Shown: one piece after another, positions 50,176 through 59,864 of the stretch
Numbering within the stretch: the stretch's first letter is position 1
How the letters are laid out: each line of letters starts with the position of its first letter
Origin: Mobula birostris
Taxonomy: Eukaryota
Direction of reading: 5' to 3'
Length of the DNA: 64,000 nucleotides
Assembly (NCBI RefSeq): GCF_030028105.1
Contig: NC_092375.1
Coordinates: 164,857,415-164,921,414, forward strand
The notes under the pieces: model-generated
What the model was told of the DNA's origin: nothing
What the model saw: only the letters and a program-made list of their open reading frames with translations
Database searches by the model: none
Made by a program: the position numbers and the translations under genes

Positions 50176-50400
50176 GTTAGTTACATGGCGATACAAATAT
50201 ACATTTTGCCATCTTTATCGGATATATTTTAAAGTAAAATTCTAGTTAAAGGATATATATTGGGGGTTGGGAGGTAACTTGAATCTTAGACTTTTTAATG
50301 ATTTTCATAACACCACATATTTTGCCATTTTATTTTCATCTTGAAAGAGGGCAGGACATATCACTCATATTTATTTGTATGCTTCTTTATCTTGAATTAG

Positions 50401-50679
50401 AACCTCCATCATTTATAAAGAAGATTGAAAATATTACAACATTTGTTGGAAATTCAACTTGTTTTCAGTGCCTTGTAACAGGCTCAGAGCCTCTATCTAT
50501 AAGTTGGATGAAAGATAATGTCAATATCAAAGAAGATGAAAATATATCAATTTCCTTTGAAAACAATCTTGCTGTGCTAACATTTGCGGCAGTTGAAGCA
50601 AAAGATGGTGGGAAATACATCTGTCAGGCCAAAAATGATGCAGGGGTTGAGAAGTCTTTTGCCACATTGATAGTAACAG
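50401..50679 (+). CDS. TTN: Titin Ig exon, repeat 8 C
   Basis: 279 nt; EPPSFIKKIENITTFVGNSTCFQC. Confidence 0.92.
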
Positions 50680-50825
50680 GTTGGTTGGGAATATTAAATA
50701 TAATTAGCTGACACATAAATACAAATTATTTCTGTTCAAAATTATTTATCAGTTTAGCGTGAAAAAGAAGGTGGTGTTATATTGAATGTACTGACATCAC
50801 TCAGAATAATATTTTCTTTTAACAG

Positions 50826-51104
50826 AGCCTGCAAAAATTGTTGAGGCAGCAAAATCATGCAACGTAACTGTAAAAAATCCAGCAGTTTTGGAATGTATTG
50901 TAGCAGGCACACCAGACCTAAAGGTTAAGTGGTTTAAAGACAGAATGGAGCTCACATCCAGCAGAAAGTATAAATTGACTTTTGAGAATAATGTGGCTAG
51001 TTTAAAGATTCATTCGGCAGAGAAGTCAAATAGTGGTGAATATACTTTTGAGGTCCAGAATGAATTTGGAGTTGACAACTGCAAAGCTTCCTTGACTGTA
51101 TTAG
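50826..51104 (+). CDS. TTN: Titin Ig exon, repeat 8 D
   Basis: 279 nt; EPAKIVEAAKSCNVTVKNPAVLEC. Confidence 0.92.
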
Positions 51105-51220
51105 GTTAGTATTTCTAATTTGGACATGAAAAATAGAATTCTGTAATGACGAACGAAACTTTGCTGTTTTAAGTTAACCTTTGCATCTTAAGCTTACTAG
51201 TTGTGCTCTGTGTTACACAG

Positions 51221-51508
51221 ATCAAACGATTGCTCCAACATTTACAAAAAAATTAAAGGACATGGGCACTTCTCTAGGGTCTTCTGTGACCATGGAGTGC
51301 AAAGTATCTGGCTCTGTTCCGATGACCATTCTTTGGCATAAAGATGGGAAGGAGATAATGGATAGTAGCAAATATAAACTATCACAGCAAGATAACGCCT
51401 CATCTTTGGAAATTAATCAACTAGAAATCTCAGATTGTGGAATTTATTCTTGCAGAGTATCAAATATAGCAGGAACTGATGAATGCAGTGGCAAACTAAT
51501 TGTGAAAG
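51221..51508 (+). CDS. TTN: Titin Ig exon, repeat 8 E
   Basis: 288 nt; DQTIAPTFTKKLKDMGTSLG. Confidence 0.92.
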
Positions 51509-51697
51509 GTGTGACTGTCTTTGTATTTTTACTCATATTTTTGGCAAATTAGATGTTTGACGTCATGTTTTAACCTCATGAATGTCTTTTGTATAACCTA
51601 ATTATTCTAAATTTATTATTCATTACTTAAAATGCAAAAAATTGTAAGTTTATGCTCTTTCTTGCAACAAATATATTCTTTGTTCGATGAATTTTAG

Positions 51698-51976
51698 AGC
51701 CACCAAGATTTATAAAAAAGCCTATGCCTCAGGAGGTTCCCCCGCGCTCTACAGTGCTGTTCAAGAGTGATGCAACAGGAACGCCCCCACTGTCTTTCAA
51801 GTGGTTTAAGGATGACAAGGAGCTAAATTCTGATGCAACATGTTGCATTGTGACAGAAGTTTCATCCAGTTCTGTGCAACTGTATTCAGTAAACCATTCC
51901 AATACGGGATATTATACTTGCCATGTCACCAATGATGTTGGCACAGATTCTTGTACAGCAAAATTGTTTGTGACAG
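51698..51976 (+). CDS. TTN: Titin Ig exon, repeat 8 F
   Basis: 279 nt; EPPRFIKKPMPQEVPPRSTVLFKS. Confidence 0.92.
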
Positions 51977-52416
51977 GTGTGGAATTCTTAATTGTGTGTG
52001 CATGTGTGTGTGTGTTTTCTCAGTGTCTTGTTTAGTTCTTACCTGTTGTTAACGTCTTCTAGGATTCTGAGTTTTCGCAGTTTGTACAAACCTTTTTTTA
52101 TATGTATTCTGTGTTGGCATCTGTTGTCCATATGACATTGTTTGTATCGTCATATACTCTTTACCACATCAATCCTATATTATCTTCTTGCACTCTTCAT
52201 GATCTCAAGAATGTACTCTTCATTAAATTAGTTCCTTATATAAAAAATACAATAAAATTACAGTTGGTTTACGTATGCCTTTTAAATGTTTTTGAAGCAT
52301 TCTCGTCTGATTAATATTCATGATTCAAATTCCTTCCACAAATTTAACAATTCCACTTTCCAAAAGATAATCCTCTGTAAAACCAGTGCTACATGTGTTG
52401 TATTTTGGTTTTCTAG

Positions 52417-52698
52417 AGCCACCATCTTTCATCCAGAAGCTGGAGTCATCAAAAATTCTGAAGAAGGGCGAATCAGCACATTTTGAATGCAAAGTGACTG
52501 GAACACCTGAAATCAAAATTTCGTGGTTCAAGAATGATACTGAAATCAGAAACAGTGAAAAATATAAAATTCATTTTGATAATTCTGTAGCATTTCTTGA
52601 AATTAATGACTCTGGTTTAGAAGACAGTGGCGATTACATTTGTGAAGCTCAAAATGAAGCTGGCAGTGTCAGCTGCAGTGTTGCCGTTAATGTCAAAG
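52417..52698 (+). CDS. TTN: Titin Ig exon, first 10-Ig repeat position 1
   Basis: 282 nt; EPPSFIQKLESSKILKKGESAHFEC. Confidence 0.92.
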
Positions 52699-52790
52699 GT
52701 AGGCAGTTATTTCCTGTTACCAATCAAAAAATGTTATCAAATGACTTGTTGTAAATATATAAATGAGTCAATTATGTTCTTTTTTCCCAG

Positions 52791-53069
52791 AACCACCTGT
52801 TTTCAGTAAAATGCTTGAGACATTGGATGTAATAAAAAGTTCTGATGTCATACTGCAATGTGAATTCAGTGGTACATCTCCTTTTGAAGTTACCTGGTAC
52901 AAAGACAAAAGGCAAATTCGAGCAAGTAAAAAATATAAAATTACATATGAAAACAATGTAGCAAGTCTTTATGTTCTTAAAGTGGAGACACCTGACATAG
53001 GGGAATACATGTGTATGGTGAAGAATGATGTGGGAAGTATTAGTTGCACTGGCACATTAAATCTCAAAG
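52791..53069 (+). CDS. TTN: Titin Ig exon, 10-Ig repeat position 2
   Basis: 279 nt; EPPVFSKMLETLDVIKSSDVILQC. Confidence 0.92.
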
Positions 53070-53175
53070 GTTAGTAAATTTTCTAAGTTCAATACTTAAC
53101 TTTTACTGTACCAATTTTGGGAAATTATTACTGTCAGTTTTTGTTCCACACATAAGATATACTTTATTTCTTTAG

Positions 53176-53454
53176 AGCCACCCATGTTTGTGAAGAAACT
53201 TTCAAACATTTCTTCAGTATTCGGAGAGCCTGTCACATTACAAGGTACTGTTAGAGGTTCGGAACCAATTCAAGTAACATGGATGAAAGAAAAGAAACAA
53301 GTGAAAGATAATGAGGACATAACTATTACCCATGTACAAAACATTGTTACTTTGCATATTTCAAAAATGGAGCCTGTCCATGCTGGAATGTATGCTTGCC
53401 AAATCAGAAATGATGCTGGAGTGCAAGAGTCCTCTGCTGCATTATCACTCTTGG
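53176..53454 (+). CDS. TTN: Titin Ig exon, 10-Ig repeat position 3
   Basis: 279 nt; EPPMFVKKLSNISSVFGEPVTLQG. Confidence 0.92.
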
Positions 53455-53571
53455 GTCAGTAACTTAATGTCAATATATATGAAATTTAATTCATGTTTGA
53501 GAACACTGCAGACCATTGTTTTATTAATGATATACAAGAATATTTTGTAAAATTGAATTTGCTTCTTACAG

Positions 53572-53850
53572 AACCTGCCACTATAGTGGAAAAAGCAGAA
53601 TCTGTCAACGTAACTTCAGGAGATCCGGTAACCTTGGAATGCATTGTTAAAGGCACACCTGAGCTAAAAGTAAAATGGTTGAAAGACAATCAAGAATTAG
53701 TGTCTGGCAGGAAATACAAGATCAGTTTTCTTAATGGAATTGCTACTTTAAAAGTTCTATCTGCAGAGAAAGCAGATGGTGGTGAATATACCTTTGAAGT
53801 CCAGAATAATGTGGGTAGCAGCAGCTGCAAAGTATCAGTCAACGTTCTAG
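53572..53850 (+). CDS. TTN: Titin Ig exon, 10-Ig repeat position 4
   Basis: 279 nt; EPATIVEKAESVNVTSGDPVTLEC. Confidence 0.92.
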
Positions 53851-53937
53851 GTTTGACTTCCTGTGTTTTCTTTACTCTTTATTAATTCATTTTTAAAATC
53901 TCTTTCTAATCATGGTTCATTTTTGCTATTTAAACAG

Positions 53938-54225
53938 ATCGTATTATTCCACCAACATTTATTAGAAAATTAAAGAAAATGGATGGTATCTTGGCTTCTC
54001 CACTCAAAATGGAATGCAAGGCTTCTGGATCACCTCCAATTACTATGTCTTGGTTCAAAGATGGCCATGAGATTGTCCATGGAGAAAAATATCACCTGGT
54101 ATTTGGAGAAAATAAATGTGATTTGAAAATCAATACTTTGGAACTATCCGATGCTGGCAATTATTTATGTAAAGCAACCAATGCTGCAGGAAGCGATGAA
54201 TGCAGTGGTGTTTTAACTGTGAAAG
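53938..54225 (+). CDS. TTN: Titin Ig exon, 10-Ig repeat position 5
   Basis: 288 nt; DRIIPPTFIRKLKKMDG. Confidence 0.92.
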
Positions 54226-54501
54226 GTCAGTTTGATTTTTAATAATGGTACTAATTTTTATTATTCTTTGTATAAAAATTGCACTTTATGGTTGTAATAA
54301 TTTTCATTTGATAGCAATTTGGCTATAAATTTGTGAATATTTATTGCAAATGAGTGGTGTTCAAAGACATAATTTATGAAAAGCTGTAAACTATAAATGA
54401 CAAAAATATAATAAAAGACAGGACATGGTTGTTATATCAATTAATCAGGCAATATCTTTAGAGATAAAAACAGTGCTTATACTTCAGGTTGCTGACCTTT
54501 C

Positions 54502-55555
54502 TGTCACAATTGGGGCGCTGGTAGTGGACCCAAATGCGAGACACAGACACTGAAGTGCAAGGAACAGGACTTGACTAGAGTAGGGACGTGACAGGATACA
54601 GACAAGGAGCAGGGACAAGAACGCAGACTTGGGCTAGGACATGGACTAGACACAGGGAACCCGGACAAGGAACTATGAACTAGGAGCCTGGGCTTGGACT
54701 CCGAGCCAGAGACTGGACAAGGACCTAGGACCTGGGTCTTGCCTCGGGCTCGGACCCCAGAACTAGGCAAGGACATGACATGGCTACAGGACAGGACATG
54801 GCTGGGGTCTTGGCTCTTGAGGCTTGAGGCTAATAACTCAGAGGCTGGAGCTCGGAGACAGACTGGGAACTGTACATCAACATAGAGCCAGGACTCATCT
54901 TTAACATGGTACTAACACGAGACTGGACAGTACATAAACAGAGCCAGGACTTATCCTTGGACAAGCCGGGACTCATCTTTAACATGACACCAGCACGAGA
55001 CAGGACAGTACATAGACATATGGCCAGGACTTATACTTAGACTAGCCAGGACTCCACTTCTCCACACCAAGGTGGGACAGGACCATCCATCGGGTAACGG
55101 CAGAACAGCCAGACTTACCCAACAGAGGTAAAGACAAGACAGGTCCCCCCACAGGGCAACAGCAGAACAGCCTGACTTACCCCACAGAGGCAAGGATAAG
55201 ACAGATCCCCCTGCAGGGCAATGGCAGAGCAGCCTGACTTACCCCTCAGAGGCGAGGACAAGAAGAGACGAATACCAAAGAATGACAGACAGTTCCATTT
55301 CTGCATTGGCAATTGAACTTGACAGTGGTGCAGGGGAGGTATCCAGGTAGAGAGTCAGGCAAAGGTGGAAAAGAGAGGGAAGGGACAGGACAGTCCAGCA
55401 AGGAATCCCTCGTTTGCAGAGGTATTTATGTCTCAGCCCCAAAACGAGAATCATGTGCCCACAACAGAAACTGGGGAAAACCAGAAACCCCGGAACAAGG
55501 AATCATGGACCGGACCATGAACCAGAACACGGATTTCCCGGACCGGACCATGACA
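54502..55555 (-). mobile_element. Solo LTR (Gypsy-like) with internal tandem repeats
   Basis: Ends TGTCA...TGACA; 5-bp TSD ctttc at 54497-54501 and 55556-60; about 3 copies of a ~58-nt unit (cttacccNNcagagg...) at 55100-55265; orientation inferred from composition. Confidence 0.8.
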
Positions 55556-56262
55556 CTTTCATCAAATTGAGGCAGGTTAGAAATTAGTTAATATTTCAGT
55601 TTGAAACCCTGTTCTGATGGAGAGTTTTGATTCAAAACACAAACAATTTCTTCTCCCCCACTGGTGGCACTAAACCCACTGAATTCCTCTCACAGATTGC
55701 TTGTTGATCCAGCTTCCAACACCTGTAGTCTCCTGTGTCTCTTAAAATCAGTTGGAGAGAAGGGGGAGAGAGGATGGACCCAAAGAAATCTCTGTGATAG
55801 AGGCCAAGAGATAGCAAAAGGGATATATGGGTGTAGGGCCAGCTGATCTTACAAATTACAGTTAATTTGTCTAGAGAAGTTGTAAATAGGAAAAGACAAG
55901 TCATAGCATAGAGGAGAAAAATACACAATGCTGGAATTGTGAGATAGAAAATGGGGAAATGTTTGAAAGGACACCAAAGTTAGTCTTGAGTCAGGATGGA
56001 AACAAATTCTTTAAAAATTATTTGTAGAAGGGAATAGCCTGATGTCCTGATCCTTTAACTTAGACCTAAACTTTAAGGAAGGGAAAAATATAGGATGAAG
56101 TTTGTAGTAATATGGCTTGCTGTCAGAAGAAGAGGATTACAAAGGTGTGAAGTTTATAAAAAAAAAGGACAATTGATTTTATTTCCATTTACAACAAAAT
56201 GTCTCTAAAATTTTCCATTTAAAATAAATTATGCAATATATTATTTCATTTTCACCCTTTAG

Positions 56263-56541
56263 AACCACCCTCATTTGTGAGTAAACCAGATCCTCAAGAA
56301 GTTTTACCTGGCTCAACAGTGAAATTTGTAAGTGTTATTACTGGCACAGCACCATTGAAAGTAAAATGGTTTAGAGGCAGCACTGAACTGTTAACAGGAA
56401 GAAGAAGTCACATATCTTTAAGTGACTCAACATCAGTACTTGAGCTACTAAATGTGGAACCTTCCCAAAGTGGTGACTACACTTGCCGAGTTAAGAATGA
56501 AGCTGGTGAAGATTTTTGTACAACAAAATTAGTTGTGAAAG
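56263..56541 (+). CDS. TTN: Titin Ig exon, 10-Ig repeat position 6
   Basis: 279 nt; EPPSFVSKPDPQEVLPGSTVKFVS. Confidence 0.92.
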
Positions 56542-56644
56542 GTTTGTAAAATACACATTTTAAAGATGAACATGAGTAATAATATTTTATCAAAGTTACA
56601 AGTATATATTTTTACAATTATTTGTCTATGTTTTTTTTTACCAG

Positions 56645-56923
56645 AACCAGCAGTATTCCAGAAAAAAATAAAAGATTCCAGTGCAGTACTGGGAAAGTCA
56701 GTTTGTCTTGATTGCATATACTCTGGTACTCCAGAAATCAAAATAACCTGGAAAAAGAATGGACTTGAGATACTCCAGTCTGAAAAGCATATTATTACAA
56801 CTACTGAAACATCTTGCATTTTGGAAATTCTCAACTCTGTTAGAGATGATGGTGCAACATATACTTGTGAAGTACAAAATGATGCTGGAGGGGACACTTG
56901 TCAGGCTGAAGTAAAAATACTGG
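56645..56923 (+). CDS. TTN: Titin Ig exon, 10-Ig repeat position 7
   Basis: 279 nt; EPAVFQKKIKDSSAVLGKSVCLDC. Confidence 0.92.
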
Positions 56924-56950
56924 GTTTGTTCACTTTTAATTTCTTCCATT

Positions 56951-58987
56951 TAGAAACCATAGAAAAACTACAGCACAGAAACAGGCCTTTTGGCCCTTCT
57001 TGGCTGTGCTGAACCATTTTCTGCCTAGTCCCACTGACCTGCACACGGACCATATCCCTCCATACACCTCCCATCCATGTATCTGTCCAATTTATTCTTA
57101 AATGTTAAAAAAGAACCCGCATTTACCACCTCCACTGGCAGCTCATTCCACACTCCCACAACTCTCTGTGTGAAGAAGCCCTCCCTAATGTTTCCTTTAA
57201 ACTTTTCCCCCCTCACCCTTAACCCATGTCCTCTGGTTTTTTTCTCCCCTTGCCTCAGTGGAAAAAGCCTGCTTGCATTCACTCTATCTATACCCATCAT
57301 AATTTTATATACCTCTATCAAATCTCCCCTCATTCTTCTACGCTCCAGGGAATAAAGTCCTAACCTATTCAACCTTTCTCTGTAACTGAGTTTCTCAAGT
57401 CCCGGCAACATCCTTGTAAACCTTCTCTGCACGCTTTCAACCTTATTAATATCCTTCCTGTAATTTGGTGACCAAAACTGAACACAATACTCGAGATTCG
57501 GCCTCACCAATGCCTTATACAACCTCATCATAACATTCCAGCTCTTATACTCAGTACTTTGATTAATAAAGGCCAATGTTCCAAAAGCTCTCTTTACGAC
57601 CCTATCTACCTGTGACACCACTTTTAGGGAATTTTGTATCTGTATTCTCAGTTCCCTCTGTTCTACTGCACTCCTCAGTGCCTTACCATTTACCCTGTAT
57701 GTTCTACCTTGGTTTGTCCTTCCAAAGTGCAATACCTCACACTTGTCTGTATTAAACTCCATCTGCCATTTTTCAGCCCATTTTTCCAGCTGGTCCAAAT
57801 CCCTCTGCAAGCTTTGAAAACCTTCCTCACTGTCCACTACACCTCCAATCTTTGTATCATCAGCAAATTTGCTGATCCAATTTACCACATTATCATCCAG
57901 ATCATTGATATAGATGACAAATAACAATGGACCCAGCACTGATCCCTGTGGCACACCACTAGTCACAGGCCTCCACTCTAAGAAGTAATTCTCTACTACC
58001 ACTCTTTGGCTTCTTCCATTGAGCCAATGTCTAATCCAATTTACCACCTCTCCATGTATACCTAGCGACTGAATTTCCCTAACTAACCTTCGATGCAGGA
58101 CCTTGTCAAAGGCCTTACTGAAGTCCATGTAGACAACATCCACTGCCTTCCCTTCATCCACTTTCCTGGTAACTTCCTCGAAAAACTCCAATAGATTGGT
58201 CAAACATGACCTACCATGCACAAAGCCATGTTGACTCTCCCTGATAAGTCCCTGTGTATCCAAATGCTTGTAGATTCTGTCTCTTAGTACTCCTTCCAAT
58301 AACTTGTCCACTACCGACGTCAAACTTACCGGCCTATAATTTCCCGGATTACTTTTCAATCCTTTTTTAAACAACGGAACAACATGAGCCATTCTCCAAT
58401 CCTCCAGCACCTCACCTGTAGACACCGACATTTTAAATATTTCTGCCAGGGCCCCCGCAATTTCAACACTAGTCTCCTTCAAGGTCCAAGGGAATACCCT
58501 GTCAGGTCCTGGGGATTTATCCACTTTAATTTGCCTCAAGATAGCAAGCACCTCCTCCTTTTCAATTTGTACAGTTTCCATGATCTCACTACTCGTTTCC
58601 CTTAATTCCATAGACTTCATGCCAGTTTCCTTAGTAAATATAGATGCAAAAAACCCATTTAAGATCTCCCCCAGCTCTTTTGGTTCTGCACATAGCCGAC
58701 CACTCTGATCTTCAAGAGGACCAATTTTATCCCTTACAATCCTTTTACTCTTAGTATAGTTGTAAAAGCTCTTTGGATTATCCTTCACTTTGACTGCCAA
58801 GGCAACCTCATGTCCTCTTTTAGCCCTCCTGATTTCCTTCTTAAGTATTTTCTTGCGCTTTTCATACTCCTCAAGCACCTTATTTACTCCCTGTTTCCTA
58901 TACATGTCATACAACTCTCTCTTCTTCTTTATCAGAGTTGCAATATCCCTTGAGAACCAAGGTTCCTTATTCCTATTCACTTTGCCT
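56951..58987 (-). mobile_element. Young 5'-truncated CR1 LINE; ORF2 RT portion still open (57025-58980, 651 aa)
   Basis: PGNYRPVSLTS, QHGF...SCLTNL, VYMDFSKAFD, GVPQGSVLGPLLF, SKFADDTK; CR1 3' tail at 56951-57024. Confidence 0.95.
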
Positions 58988-59106
58988 TAAATCCTGACAG
59001 GAACATTTGTGGAATTAAAACTAATACCTTTCTTATTTGCTTTCTTTTATCAAAACATTTGGTATGCATCTTCTTTAATCATAATAATGTATTGTTTTTA
59101 TCTTAG

Positions 59107-59385
59107 AACCGCCAACATTTGTCCAACATTTAGAGCCTCTGGAAGTAACCGTCGGTGACTCAGGATCTTTTCAATGTGCGCTGACTGGAACACCTGAAAT
59201 AAAAGTAGCTTGGTACAAGGGAGATACAAAACTGAGATCCACCCCAAATTGCAAAATGGAGTTTGTGAACAATATTGCAAAATTGGAATTAAAGAAAGTA
59301 GCAATGAACGACTGTGGGGAATTCATATGTAAAGCTGAAAACAAAATAGGTGTCTGTTCATCAAAAGCTGTGCTCACTGTACAAG
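59107..59385 (+). CDS. TTN: Titin Ig exon, 10-Ig repeat position 8 (absent from ORF track)
   Basis: 279 nt; [45 protein letters not shown]. Confidence 0.92.
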
Positions 59386-59519
59386 GTAATTTTGGTTGAT
59401 ACATTAATTAACATTGTGCAGAATGTGTATACCTTTGTTGGAACATTTTGACCTTTTAACTATTGGTAAAAGAAGCTTGTACAAGTATATTAACTCTTCT
59501 GTTATGGTTTGTTTTACAG

Positions 59520-59807
59520 AGCGCAAAACTGCACCTTCTTTTGTAAGAAAAGTTAAGAATATGGAAGTAACCCTTGGTCTTTCAGTAACATTTGAATGTC
59601 ATACTGCTGGTTCAGCTCCCATTGAAACTTCTTGGTTTAAAGATGGTGTAAAGTTGGTCCCTGGAGAAAATTTAAATATGTCTTTCATGGAGAATGTAGC
59701 AACTCTTAAAATTCTTAAAGCTGAGATGGAGCATGCTGGTGAATACACTTGCAAAGCATCAAACATGATGGGAGATGCTTCATGCAGTTCTAGATTATCT
59801 GTCAAAG
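59520..59807 (+). CDS. TTN: Titin Ig exon, 10-Ig repeat position 9
   Basis: 288 nt; ERKTAPSFVRKVKNMEVTLGLSVTFEC. Confidence 0.92.
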
Positions 59808-59864
59808 GTATATTGAGTTAAACATTTACGATTTTGACTTCTATAATATTTACCATAAACTATA

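Noticed and set aside
54504-55570. Several 60-90 aa ORFs
   Set aside because: Chance ORFs in a GC-rich, repetitive solo LTR
17757-59805. Many minus-strand ORFs overlapping Ig exons (e.g. 22007-22339, 31942-32241, 42450-42749, 56529-56897)
   Set aside because: Antisense shadows of the coding exons, recurring because the exons are paralogous; no independent start, stop or splice evidence
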